DNA from: Eledone cirrhosa
Taxonomy: Eukaryota
Direction: 5' to 3'
Assembly (NCBI GenBank): GCA_964016885.1
Contig: OZ024756.1
Span: forward strand, 43,276,001-43,340,000
DNA: 64,000 bases
Below the pieces are notes generated by a model. It saw only the letters and a program-made list of their open reading frames with translations, ran no database searches and had not been told where the DNA came from. The translations under genes were made by a program, and so were the position numbers. Below, piece after piece: positions 13,355 to 30,355 of the stretch (its first letter is position 1; the number at the start of each line of letters is the position of its first letter).

Positions 13355-16300
13355 ATTGGACACACACTAGAGACAGACATTGGACACACACTAGAGACAG
13401 ACATTGGACACACACTAGAGACAGACATTGGACACACACTAGATACAGACATTGGACACACACTAGAGATAGACGTTGGACACACACTAGTGACAGACAT
13501 TGGACACACACTGGAGAAAGACATTGGACACACACTGGAGACAGACATTGGACACGCACTAGAGACAGACATTGGACACACACTAGAGACAGACATTGCA
13601 CACACACTAGAGTCAGACATTGGATACAAACTAGAGACAGACATTGGACACACACTAGAGACAGACATTGGAGACACACACTAGATACGGACATTGGACA
13701 CACACTAGAGACAGACATTGGACACACACTAGAGACAGGCATTGGACACACACTAGAGACAGACATTGGACACACACTAGAGACAGACATTGGAGACACA
13801 CACTAGATACAGACATTGGACACACACTAGAGACAGACATTGGACACACACTAGATACAGACATTGGACACACACAAGAGATAGACATTGGACACACACT
13901 AGAGACAGACATTGGACACATACTAAATACAGACATTGGACACACACTAGAGACAGACATTGGACACACACACTAGACAGACATTGGACACACACTAGAG
14001 ACAGACGTTGGAAACACACTAGAGACAGACATTGGATACACACACTAGAGACAGACATTGGACACACACTAGAGACAGACATTGGCGACACACACTAGAT
14101 ACAGATATTGGACACACACTAGAGACAGACATTGGACACACACTAGATACAGACATTGGACACACACTAGAGATAGACATTGGACACACACCAGAGACAG
14201 ACATTGGACACACACTAGATACAGACATTGGACACACACTAGAGACAGACATTGGACACACACACTAGAGACAGACATTGGACACACACTAGAGACAGAC
14301 ATTGGACACACACTAGATACAGACATTGGACACACACTAGAGATAGACATTGGACACACACTAGAGACAGACATTGGAGACACACACTAGATACAGACAT
14401 TGGACACACACTAGAGACAGACTTTGGACACACACTAGATACAGACATTGGACACACACTAGAGATAGACATTGGACACACACTAGAGACAGACATTGGA
14501 CACACACTAGAGACAGACATTGGACACACACACTAGACAGACATTGGACACACACTAGAGACAGACATTGGACACACACTAGAGACAGACATTGGACACA
14601 CACTAGAGACAGACATTGGAGACACACACTAGATACAAACATTGGACACACACTAGAGACAGACATTGGACACACACACTAGATACAGACATTGGACTCA
14701 CACTAGAGATAGACATTGGACACACACTAGAGACAGACATTGGACACACACTAGAGATAGACATTGGACACACACTAGAGACAGACATAGGACACACACT
14801 AGAGACAGACATTGGAGACACACACTAGAGACAGACATTGGACACACACTAGATACAGACATTGGACACACACACTATAGACAGATATTGGACACACACT
14901 AGAGACAGACATTGGACACACACTAGAGACAGACATTGGAGACACACACTAGATACAGACATTGTACACACACTAGAGATAGACATTGGACACACACTAG
15001 AGACAGACATTGGACACACACTAGAGACAGACATTGGACACACACTAGAGAGACAGACATTGGACACACACTAGAGACAGACATTGGACACACACTAGAG
15101 ACAGACATTGGACACACACTAGAGAGAGAAATTGGACACACACTAGAGAGACACATTGCACACACACTAGAGTCAGACATTGGATACACACTAGAGACAG
15201 ACATTGGACACACACTAGAGACAGACATTGGAGACACACACTAGATACAGACATTGGACACACACTAGAGACAGACATTGGACACACACTAGAGACAGAC
15301 ATTGGACACACACTAGAGTCAGACATTGGATACACACTAGAGACAGACATTGGACACACACTAGAGACAGACATTGAAGACACACACTAGATACAGACAT
15401 TGGACACACACTAGAGACAGACATTGGCCACACACTAGAGACAGACATTGGACAGACACTAGAGACAGACATTGGACACACACTAGAGACAGACATTGGA
15501 GACACACACTAGATACAGACATTGGACACACACTAGAGACAGACATTGGACACACACTAGATACAGACATTGGACACACACTAGAGATAGACATTGGACA
15601 CACACTAGAGACAGACATTGGACACATACTAAATACAGACATTGGACACACACTAGAGACAGACATTGGACACACACACTTGACAGACATTGGACACACA
15701 CTAGAGACAGACGTTGGAAACACACTAGAGACAGACATTGGATACACACACTAGAGACAGACATTGGACACACACTAGAGACAGACATTGGAGACACACA
15801 CTAGATACAGACATTGGACACACACTAGAGATAGACATTGGAAACACACTAGAGACAGACATTGGACACACACACTAGAGACAGACATTGGACACACACT
15901 AGAGACAGACATTGGACACACACTAGATACAGACATTGGACACACACTAGAGACAGACATTGGATACACACACTAGAGACAGACATTGGACACACACTAG
16001 AGACAGAGATTGGAGACACACACTAGAGACAGACATTGGACACACACTAGATACAGACATTGGACACACACTAGAGATAGACATTGGAGACACACACTAG
16101 AGACAGACATTGGACACACACTAGAGACAGAGATTGGAGACACACACTAGATACAGACATTGGACACACACTAGAGACAGACATTGGACACACACTAGAT
16201 ACAGACATTGGACACACACTAGAGATAGACATTGGACACACACTAGAGACAGACATTGGACACACACTAGATACATACATTGGACACACACTAGAGACAG

Positions 16301-19300
16301 ACATTGGACACACACACTAGACAGACATTGGACACACACTAGAGACAGATATTGGAAACACACTAGAGACAGACTTGGACACACACACTAGAGACAGGCA
16401 TTGGACACACACTAGAGACAGACATTGGACACTCACTAGAGACAGACATTGGACACACACTAGAGACAGACATTGGATACACACACTAGATACAGACATT
16501 GGACACACACTAGAGATAGACATTGGACACACACTAGAGACAGATATTGGACACACACTAGAGATAGACATTGGACACACACTAGAGACAGACATTGGAC
16601 ACACACTAGAGACAGACATTGGACACACACTAGAGAGACAGACATTGGACACACACTAGAGACAGACATTGGACACACACTAGAGAGAGAAATTGGACAC
16701 ACACTAGAGAGAGACATTGCACACACACTAGAGTCAGACATTGGATACACACTACAGACAGACATTGGACACACACTAGAGACAGACATTGGACACACAC
16801 TAGAGACAGACATTGGACACACACTAGAGTCAGACATTGGATACACACTAGAGACAGACATTGGACACACACTAGGGACAGACATTGGAGACACACACTA
16901 GATACAGACATTGGACACACACTAGAGACAGACATTGGACACACACTAGAGACAGACATTGGACACACACTAGAGACAGACATTGGACACACACTAGAGA
17001 CAGACATTGGAGACACACACTAGATACAGACATTGGACACACACTAGAGACAGGCATTGGACACATACTAAATACAGACATTGGACACACACACTAGAGA
17101 CAGACATTGGACACACACACTAGACAGACATTGGACACACACTAGAGACAGACGTTGGAAACACACTAGAGACAGACATTGGATACACACACTAGAGACA
17201 GACATTGGACACACACTAGAGACAGACATTGGAGACACACACTAGATACAGATATTGGACACACACTAGAGACAGACATTGGACACACACTAGAGATAGA
17301 CATTGGACACACACTAGAGACAGACATTGGACACACACTAGATACAGACATTGGACACACACTAGAGACAGACATTGGTCACAAACACTAGAGACAGACA
17401 TTGCACACACACTAGAGACAGACATTGGACACACACTAGATACAGACATTGGACACACACTAGAGATAGACATTGGACACACACTAGAGACAGACATTGG
17501 ATACACACACTAGAGACAGACATTGGACACACACTAGAGACAGACATTGGAGACACACACTAGATACAGACATTGGACACACACTAGAGACAGACATTGG
17601 ACACACACTAGATACAGACATTGGACACACACTAGAGACAGACATTGGACACAGACACTAGATACAGACATTGGACACACACTAGAGACAGACATTGGAC
17701 ACACACACTAGACAGACATTGGACACAAACTAGAGACAGATATTGGAAACACACTAGAGACAGACTTGTACACACACACTAGAGACAGGCATTGGACACA
17801 CACTAGAGACAGACATTGGACACACACTAGAGACAGACATTGGACACACACTAGAGACAGACATTGGAGACACACACTAGATACAGACATTGGACACACA
17901 CTAGAGACAGACATTGGACACAGACACTAGATACAGACATTGGACACACACTAGAGATAGACATTGGACACACACTAGAGACAGACATTGGACACACGCT
18001 AGAGATAGACATTGGACACACACTAGAGACAGACATTGGAGACACACAGTAGAGACAGACATTGGACACACACTAGAGACAGACATTGGACACACACTAG
18101 ATACAGACATTGGCCACACACACTAGAGACAGATATTTGACACACACTAGAGATAGACATTGGACACACACTAGAGACAGACATTGGAGACACACACTAG
18201 ATACAGACATTGTACACACACTAGAGATAGACATTGGACACACACTAGAGACAGACATTGGACACTCACTAGAGACAGACATTGGACACACACTAGAGAG
18301 ACAGACATTGGACACACACTAGAGACAGACATTGGACACACACTAGAGACAGATATTGGACACACACTAGAGACAGACATTGGACACACACACAAGGGAC
18401 AGACATTGGACACACACTAGAGACAGACATTGGAGACACACACTAGAGACAGACATTGGACACGTACTAGAGAGAGAAATTGGAGACACACTAGAGAGAG
18501 ACATTGCACACACACACAAGAGCACAGACATTGGACACCCACTAGAGACAGACATTGGACACACACTAGAGACAGACATTGGACACACACTAGAGACAGA
18601 CATTGGACACACACTAGAGACAGACATTGGACACACACTAGATACAGACATTGGACACACACTAGAGATAGACGTTGGACACACACTAGTGACAGACATT
18701 GGACACACACTGGAGAAAGACATTGGACACACACTGGAGACAGACATTGGACACGCACTAGAGACAGACATTGGACACACACTAGAGACAGACATTGGAC
18801 ACACACTAGAGTCAGACATTGGATACAAACTAGAGACAGACATTGGACACACACTAGAGACAGACATTGGAGACACACACTAGATACGGACATTGGACAC
18901 ACACTAGAGACAGACATTGGACACACACTAGAGACAGGCATTGGACACACACTAGAGACAGACATTGGACACACACTAGAGACAGACATTGGAGACACAC
19001 ACTAGATACAGACATTGGACACACACTAGAGACAGACATTGGACACACACTAGATACAGACATTGGACACACACAAGAGATAGACATTGGACACACACTA
19101 GAGACAGACATTGGACACATACTAAATACAGACATTGGACACACACTAGAGACAGACATTGGACACACACACTAGACAGACATTGGACACACACTAGAGA
19201 CAGACGTTGGAAACACACTAGAGACAGACATTGGATACACACACTAGAGACAGACATTGGACACACACTAGAGACAGACATTGGCGACACACACTAGATA

Positions 19301-22300
19301 CAGATATTGGACACACACTAGAGACAGACATTGGACACACACTAGATACAGACATTGGACACACACTAGAGATAGACATTGGACACACACCAGAGACAGA
19401 CATTGGACACACACTAGATACAGACATTGGACACACACTAGAGACAGACATTGGACACACACACTAGAGACAGACATTGGACACACACTAGAGACAGACA
19501 TTGGACACACACTAGATACAGACATTGGACACACACTAGAGATAGACATTGGACACACACTAGAGACAGACATTGGAGACACACACTAGATACAGACATT
19601 GGACACACACTAGAGACAGACTTTGGACACACACTAGATACAGACATTGGACACACACTAGAGATAGACATTGGACACACACTAGAGACAGACATTGGAC
19701 ACACACTAGAGACAGACATTGGACACACACACTAGACAGACATTGGACACACACTAGAGACAGACATTGGACACACACTAGAGACAGACATTGGACACAC
19801 ACTAGAGACAGACATTGGAGACACACACTAGATACAAACATTGGACACACACTAGAGACAGACATTGGACACACACACTAGATACAGACATTGGACTCAC
19901 ACTAGAGATAGACATTGGACACACACTAGAGACAGACATTGGACACACACTAGAGATAGACATTGGACACACACTAGAGACAGACATAGGACACACACTA
20001 GAGACAGACATTGGAGACACACACTAGAGACAGACATTGGACACACACTAGATACAGACATTGGACACACACACTATAGACAGATATTGGACACACACTA
20101 GAGACAGACATTGGACACACACTAGAGACAGACATTGGAGACACACACTAGATACAGACATTGTACACACACTAGAGATAGACATTGGACACACACTAGA
20201 GACAGACATTGGACACACACTAGAGACAGACATTGGACACACACTAGAGAGACAGACATTGGACACACACTAGAGACAGACATTGGACACACACTAGAGA
20301 CAGACATTGGACACACACTAGAGAGAGAAATTGGACACACACTAGAGAGACACATTGCACACACACTAGAGTCAGACATTGGATACACACTAGAGACAGA
20401 CATTGGACACACACTAGAGACAGACATTGGAGACACACACTAGATACAGACATTGGACACACACTAGAGACAGACATTGGACACACACTAGAGACAGACA
20501 TTGGACACACACTAGAGTCAGACATTGGATACACACTAGAGACAGACATTGGACACACACTAGAGACAGACATTGAAGACACACACTAGATACAGACATT
20601 GGACACACACTAGAGACAGACATTGGCCACACACTAGAGACAGACATTGGACAGACACTAGAGACAGACATTGGACACACACTAGAGACAGACATTGGAG
20701 ACACACACTAGATACAGACATTGGACACACACTAGAGACAGACATTGGACACACACTAGATACAGACATTGGACACACACTAGAGATAGACATTGGACAC
20801 ACACTAGAGACAGACATTGGACACATACTAAATACAGACATTGGACACACACTAGAGACAGACATTGGACACACACACTTGACAGACATTGGACACACAC
20901 TAGAGACAGACGTTGGAAACACACTAGAGACAGACATTGGATACACACACTAGAGACAGACATTGGACACACACTAGAGACAGACATTGGAGACACACAC
21001 TAGATACAGACATTGGACACACACTAGAGATAGACATTGGAAACACACTAGAGACAGACATTGGACACACACACTAGAGACAGACATTGGACACACACTA
21101 GAGACAGACATTGGACACACACTAGATACAGACATTGGACACACACTAGAGACAGACATTGGATACACACACTAGAGACAGACATTGGACACACACTAGA
21201 GACAGAGATTGGAGACACACACTAGAGACAGACATTGGACACACACTAGATACAGACATTGGACACACACTAGAGATAGACATTGGAGACACACACTAGA
21301 GACAGACATTGGACACACACTAGAGACAGAGATTGGAGACACACACTAGATACAGACATTGGACACACACTAGAGACAGACATTGGACACACACTAGATA
21401 CAGACATTGGACACACACTAGAGATAGACATTGGACACACACTAGAGACAGACATTGGACACACACTAGATACATACATTGGACACACACTAGAGACAGA
21501 CATTGGACACACACACTAGACAGACATTGGACACACACTAGAGACAGATATTGGAAACACACTAGAGACAGACTTGGACACACACACTAGAGACAGGCAT
21601 TGGACACACACTAGAGACAGACATTGGACACTCACTAGAGACAGACATTGGACACACACTAGAGACAGACATTGGATACACACACTAGATACAGACATTG
21701 GACACACACTAGAGATAGACATTGGACACACACTAGAGACAGATATTGGACACACACTAGAGATAGACATTGGACACACACTAGAGACAGACATTGGACA
21801 CACACTAGAGACAGACATTGGACACACACTAGAGAGACAGACATTGGACACACACTAGAGACAGACATTGGACACACACTAGAGAGAGAAATTGGACACA
21901 CACTAGAGAGAGACATTGCACACACACTAGAGTCAGACATTGGATACACACTACAGACAGACATTGGACACACACTAGAGACAGACATTGGACACACACT
22001 AGAGACAGACATTGGACACACACTAGAGTCAGACATTGGATACACACTAGAGACAGACATTGGACACACACTAGGGACAGACATTGGAGACACACACTAG
22101 ATACAGACATTGGACACACACTAGAGACAGACATTGGACACACACTAGAGACAGACATTGGACACACACTAGAGACAGACATTGGACACACACTAGAGAC
22201 AGACATTGGAGACACACACTAGATACAGACATTGGACACACACTAGAGACAGGCATTGGACACATACTAAATACAGACATTGGACACAGACACTAGAGAC

Positions 22301-23820
22301 AGACATTGGACACACACACTAGACAGACATTGGACACACACTAGAGACAGACGTTGGAAACACACTAGAGACAGACATTGGATACACACACTAGAGACAG
22401 ACATTGGACACACACTAGAGACAGACATTGGAGACACACACTAGATACAGATATTGGACACACACTAGAGACAGACATTGGACACACACTAGAGATAGAC
22501 ATTGGACACACACTAGAGACAGACATTGGACACACACTAGATACAGACATTGGACACACACTAGAGACAGACATTGGTCACAAACACTAGAGACAGACAT
22601 TGCACACACACTAGAGACAGACATTGGACACACACTAGATACAGACATTGGACACACACTAGAGATAGACATTGGACACACACTAGAGACAGACATTGGA
22701 TACACACACTAGAGACAGACATTGGACACACACTAGAGACAGACATTGGAGACACACACTAGATACAGACATTGGACACACACTAGAGACAGACATTGGA
22801 CACACACTAGATACAGACATTGGACACACACTAGAGACAGACATTGGACACAGACACTAGATACAGACATTGGACACACACTAGAGACAGACATTGGACA
22901 CACACACTAGACAGACATTGGACACAAACTAGAGACAGATATTGGAAACACACTAGAGACAGACTTGTACACACACACTAGAGACAGGCATTGGACACAC
23001 ACTAGAGACAGACATTGGACACACACTAGAGACAGACATTGGACACACACTAGAGACAGACATTGGAGACACACACTAGATACAGACATTGGACACACAC
23101 TAGAGACAGACATTGGACACAGACACTAGATACAGACATTGGACACACACTAGAGATAGACATTGGACACACACTAGAGACAGACATTGGACACACGCTA
23201 GAGATAGACATTGGACACACACTAGAGACAGACATTGGAGACACACAGTAGAGACAGACATTGGACACACACTAGAGACAGACATTGGACACACACTAGA
23301 TACAGACATTGGCCACACACACTAGAGACAGATATTTGACACACACTAGAGATAGACATTGGACACACACTAGAGACAGACATTGGAGACACACACTAGA
23401 TACAGACATTGTACACACACTAGAGATAGACATTGGACACACACTAGAGACAGACATTGGACACTCACTAGAGACAGACATTGGACACACACTAGAGAGA
23501 CAGACATTGGACACACACTAGAGACAGACATTGGACACACACTAGAGACAGATATTGGACACACACTAGAGACAGACATTGGACACACACACAAGGGACA
23601 GACATTGGACACACACTAGAGACAGACATTGGAGACACACACTAGAGACAGACATTGGACACGTACTAGAGAGAGAAATTGGAGACACACTAGAGAGAGA
23701 CATTGCACACACACACAAGAGCACAGACATTGGACACCCACTAGAGACAGACATTGGACACACACTAGAGACAGACATTGGACACACACTAGAGACAGAC
23801 ATTGGACACACACTAGAGAC
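13355..23820. repeat. Near-identical tandem block duplication, 5199-bp unit x 2
   Basis: Constant 5199 offset for private variants TTGGCGAC (14082/19281), CTTTGG (14422/19621), CAGACATAGG (14782/19981), CTAGGGAC (16872/22071), ACGTACTAG (18462/23661), and for ORF pairs 13655/18854 through 18367/23566. Confidence 0.95.
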
Positions 23821-24089
23821 AGATATTGGACACACACTAGAGACAGACATTGGACACACACACAAGAGACAGACATTGGACACCCACTAGAGACAGACAT
23901 TGGAGGCACACACTAGAGACAGTCATTGGACACACACTAGAGATAGTTATTGTATACATTAGAGACAGACATTGGACACACACTAGAGACAAACATTGGA
24001 CACACTAGAGACAGTCATTGGACACACACTAGAGACAGACATTGGACACACACTAGAGACAGACATTGGAAACTCACTAGAGACAGACA

Positions 24090-26240
24090 TTGGACACACA
24101 CTAGAGACAGACATTGGACACACACTAGAGACAGACATTGGAGACACACACTAGATACGGACATTGGACACACACTAGAGACAGACATTGGACACACACT
24201 AGAGACAGACATTGGACACACACTAGAGGCAGACATTGGACACACACTAGAGACAGACATTGGAGACACACACTAGATACAGATACTGGACACACACTAG
24301 AGACAGACATTGGACACACACTAGATACAGACATTGGACACACACTAGAGATAGACATTGGACACACACCAGAGACAGACATTGGACACACACTAGATAC
24401 AGACATTGGACACACACTAGAGACAGACATTGGACACACACACTAGAGACAGACATTAGACACACACTAGAGACAGACATTGGACACACACTAGATACAG
24501 ACATTGGACACACACTAGAGATAGACATTGGACACACACTAGAGACAGACATTGGATACACACACTAGAGACAGACATTGGACACACACTAGAGACAGAC
24601 ATTGGAGACACACACTAGATACAGACATTGGACACACACTAGAGACAGACATTGGACACACACTAGATACAGACATTGGACACACACTAGAGATAGACAT
24701 TGGACACACACTAGATACAGACATTGGACACACACTAGAGACAGACATTGGACACACACACTAGACAGACATTGGACACACACTAGAGACAGATATTGGA
24801 AACACACTAGAGACAGACTTGTACACACACACTAGAGACAGGCATTGGACACACACTAGAGACAGACATTGGACACACACTAGAGACAGACATTGGACAC
24901 ATACTAGAGACAGACATTGGAGACACACACTAGATACAGACATTGGACACACACTAGAGACAGACATTGGACACAGACACTAGATACAGACATTGGACAC
25001 ACACTAGAGATAGACATTGGACACACACTAGAGACAGACATTGGACACACACTAGAGATAGACATTGGACACACACTAGAGACAGACATTGGACACACGC
25101 TAGAGATAGACATTGGACACACACTAGAGACAGACATTGGAGACACACAGTAGAGACAGACATTGGACACACACTAGATACAGACATTGGCCACACACAC
25201 TAGAGACAGATATTTGACACACACTAGAGATAGACATTGGACACACACTAGAGACAGACATTGGAGACACACACTAGATACAGACATTGTACACACACTA
25301 GAGATAGACATTGGACACACACTAGATACAGACATTGGACACTCACTAGAGACAGACATTGGACACACACTAGAGAGACAGACATTGGACACACACTAGA
25401 GACAGACATTGGACACACACTAGAGACAGATATTGGACACACACTAGAGACAGACATTGGACACACACACAAGAGAGAGACATTGGACACACACTAGAGA
25501 CAGACATTGGAGACACACACTAGAGACAGACATTGGACACGCACTAGAGAGAGAAATTGGAGACACACTAGAGAGAGACATTGCACACACACAAGAGCAC
25601 AGACATTGGACACCCACTAGAGACAGACATTGGACACACACTAGAGACAGACATTGGACACACACTAGAGACAGACATTGGACACACACTAGAGACAGAC
25701 ATTGGAGACACACACTAGATACGGACATTGGACACACACTAGAGACAGACATTGGACACACACTAGAGACAGACATTGGACACACACTAGAGGCAGACAT
25801 TGGACACACACTAGAGACAGACATTGGAGACACACACTAGATACAGATATTGGACACACACTAGAGACAGACATTGGACACACACTAGATACAGACATTG
25901 GACACACACTAGAGATAGACATTGGACACACACCAGAGACAGACATTGGACACACACTAGATACAGACATTGGACACACACTAGAGACAGACATTGGACA
26001 CACACACTAGAGACAGACATTAGACACACACTAGAGACAGACATTGGACACACACTAGATACAGACATTGGACACACACTAGAGATAGACATTGGACACA
26101 CACTAGAGACAGACATTGGATACACACACTAGAGACAGACATTGGACACACACTAGAGACAGACATTGGAGACACACACTAGATACAGACATTGGACACA
26201 CACTAGAGACAGACATTGGACACACACTAGATACAGACAT
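24090..26240. repeat. Dispersed block repeat, offset 1564 bp (~24090-24680 vs ~25650-26240); a further copy lies at ~35000-35800 (offset 11088 from the first)
   Basis: ORF pairs 24125/25689 and 24247/25811 (1564); 23950/35038 and 24539/35627 (11088). Shared variants CTAGAGGCAG, CACCAGAG and CATTAGAC. Confidence 0.8.
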
Positions 26241-26289
26241 TGGACACACACTAGAGACAGACATTGGAGACACACACTAGAGACAGACA

Positions 26290-29200
26290 TTGGACACACA
26301 CTAGAGACAGACATTGGACACACACACTAGACAGACATTGGACACACACTAGAGACAGATATTGGAAACACACTAGAGACAGACTTGGACACACACACTA
26401 GAGACATGCATTGGACACACACTAGAGACAGACATTGGACACACACTAGAGACAGACATTGGACACACACTAGAGACAGACATTGGACACGCACTAGAGA
26501 GAGAAATTGGAGACACACTAGAGAGAGATATTGCACACACACAAGAGCACAGACATTGGACACCCACTAGAGACAGACATTGGACACACACTAGAGACAG
26601 ACATTGGAGACACACACTAGAGACAGACATTGGACACACACTAGAGACAGACATTGGACACACACTAGATACAGACATTGGACACACACACTATAGACAG
26701 ATATTGGACACACACTAGAGACAGACATTGGACACACACTAGAGACAGACATTGGAGACACACACTAGATACAGACATTGTACACACACTAGAGATAGAC
26801 ATGGGACACACACTAGAGACAGACATTGGACACACACTAGAGACAGACATTGGACACACACTAGAGAGACAGACATTGGATACACACTAGAGACAGACAT
26901 TGGACACACACTAGAGACAGACATTGGACACACACTAGAGACAGACATTGGACACACACTAGATACAGACATTGGACACACACTAGAGATAGACATTGGA
27001 CACACACTAGAGATAGACATTGGACACACACTAGATACAGACATTGGACACACACTAGAGACAGACATTGGACACACACACTAGACAGACATTGGACAAA
27101 CACTAGAGACAGATATTGGAAACACACTAGAGACAGACTTGTACACACACACTAGAGACAGGCATTGGACACACACTAGAGACATACATTGGACACACAC
27201 TAGAGACAGACATTGGACACACACTAGAGACAGACATTGGAGACACACACTAGATACAGACATTGGACACACACTAGAGACAGACATTGGACACAGACAC
27301 TAGATACAGACATTGGACACACACTAGAGATAGACATTGGACACACACTAGAGACAGACATTGGACACACACTAGAGATAGACATTGGACACACACTAGA
27401 GACAGACATTGGACACACGCTAGAGATAGACATTGGACACACACTAGAGACAGACATTGGAGACACACAGTAGAGACAGACATTGGACACACACTAGAGA
27501 CAGACATTGGACACACACTAGATACAGACATTGGCCACACACACTAGAGACAGATATTTGACACACACTAGAGATAGACATTGGACACACACTAGAGACA
27601 GACATTGGAGACACACACTAGATACAGACATTGTACACACACTAGAGATAGACATTGGACACACACCAGAGACAGACATTGGACACACACTAGATACAGA
27701 CATTGGACACACACTAGAGACAGACATTGGACACACACACTAGAGACAGACATTAGACACACACTAGAGACAGACATTGGACACACACTAGATACAGACA
27801 TTGGACACACACTAGAGATAGACATTGGACACACACTAGAGACAGACATTGGATACACACACTAGAGACAGACATTGGACACACACTAGAGACAGACATT
27901 GGAGACACACACTAGATACAGACATTGGACACACACTAGAGACAGACATTGGACACACACTAGATACAGACATTGGACACACACTAGAGATAGACATTGG
28001 ACACACACTAGAGACAGACATTGGACACACACTAGAGACAGACATTGGACACACACACTAGACAGACATTGGACACACACTAGAGACAGATATTGGAAAC
28101 ACACTAGAGACAGACTTGGACACACACACTAGAGACAGGCATTGGACACACACTAGAGACAGACATTGGACACACACTAGAGACAGACATTGGACACACA
28201 CTAGAGACAGACATTGGACACGCACTAGAGAGAGAAATTGGAGACACACTAGAGAGAGATATTGCACACACACAAGAGCACAGACATTGGACACCCACTA
28301 GAGACAGACATTGGACACACACTAGAGACAGACATTGGAGACACACACTAGAGACAGACATTGGACACACACTAGAGACAGACATTGGACACACACTAGA
28401 TACAGACATTGGACACACATACTATAGACAGATATTGGACACACACTAGAGACAGACATTGGACACACACTAGAGACAGACATTGGAGACACACACTAGA
28501 TACAGACATTGTACACACACTAGAGATAGACATGGGACACACACTAGAGACAGACATTGGACACACACTAGAGACAGACATTGGACACACACTAGAGAGA
28601 CAGACATTGGATACACACTAGAGACAGACATTGGACACACACTAGAGACAGACATTGGACACACACTAGAGACAGACATTGGACACACACTAGATACAGA
28701 CATTGGACACACACTAGAGATAGACATTGGACACACACTAGAGATAGACATTGGACACACACTAGATACAGACATTGGACACACACTAGAGACAGACATT
28801 GGACACACACACTAGACAGACATTGGACACACACTAGAGACAGATATTGGAAACACACTAGAGACAGACTTGTACACACACACTAGAGACAGGCATTGGA
28901 CACACACTAGAGACATACATTGGACACACACTAGAGACAGACATTGGACACACACTAGAGACAGACATTGGAGACACACACTAGATACAGACATTGGACA
29001 CACACTAGAGACAGACATTGGACACAGACACTAGATACAGACATTGGACACACACTAGAGATAGACATTGGACACACACTAGAGACAGACATTGGACACA
29101 CACTAGAGATAGACATTGGACACACACTAGAGACAGACATTGGACACACGCTAGAGATAGACATTGGACACACACTAGAGACAGACATTGGAGACACACA

Positions 29201-29390
29201 GTAGAGACAGACATTGGACACACACTAGAGACAGACATTGGACACACACTAGATACAGACATTGGCCACACACACTAGAGACAGATATTTGACACACACT
29301 AGAGATAGACATTGGACACACACTAGAGACAGACATTGGAGACACACACTAGATACAGACATTGTACACACACTAGAGATAGACATTGGA
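26290..29390. repeat. Block duplication, offset 1731 bp (~26290-27660 vs ~28020-29390)
   Basis: ORF pairs 26327/28058, 26665/28396, 27224/28955 and 27518/29249 are all offset by 1731. The private variant GAGACATACATT is shared (~27180/28911). Confidence 0.85.
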
Positions 29391-30355
29391 CACACACTAG
29401 ATACAGACATTGGACACTCACTAGAGACAGACATTGTACACACACTAGAGATAGACATGGGACACACACTAGAGACAGACATTGGACACACACTAGAGAC
29501 AGACATTGGACACACACTAGAGAGACAGACATTGGATACACACTAGAGACAGACATTGGACACACACTAGAGACAGACATTGGACACACACTAGAGACAG
29601 ACATTGGACACACACTAGATACAGACATTGGACACACACTAGAGATAGACATTGGACACACACTAGAGATAGACATTGGACACACACTAGATACAGACAT
29701 TGGACACACACTAGAGACAGACATTGGACACACACACTAGACAGACATTGGACACACACTAGAGACAGATATTGGAAACACACTAGAGACAGACTTGTAC
29801 ACACACACTAGAGACAGGCATTGGACACACACTAGAGACAGACATTGGACACACACTAGAGACAGACATTGGACACACACTAGAGACAGACATTGGAGAC
29901 ACACACTAGATACAGACATTGGACACACACTAGAGACAGACATTGGACACAGACACTAGATACAGACATTGGACACACACTAGAGATAGACATTGGACAC
30001 ACACTAGAGACAGACATTGGACACACACTAGAGATAGACATTGGACACACACTAGAGACAGACATTGGACACACGCTAGAGATAGACATTGGACACACAC
30101 TAGAGACAGACATTGGAGACACACAGTAGAGACAGACATTGGACACACACTAGAGACAGACATTGGACACACACTAGATACAGACATTGGCCACACACAC
30201 TAGAGACAGATATTTGACACACACTAGAGATAGACATTGGACACACACTAGAGACAGACATTGGAGACACACACTAGATACAGACATTGTACACACACTA
30301 GAGATAGACATTGGACACACACTAGATACAGACATTGGACACTCACTAGAGACAG
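28505..30355. repeat. Tandem block duplication, 925-bp unit x 2
   Basis: ORF pairs 28592/29517, 28812/29737, 28955/29880 and 29249/30174 are all offset by 925. Confidence 0.85.
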
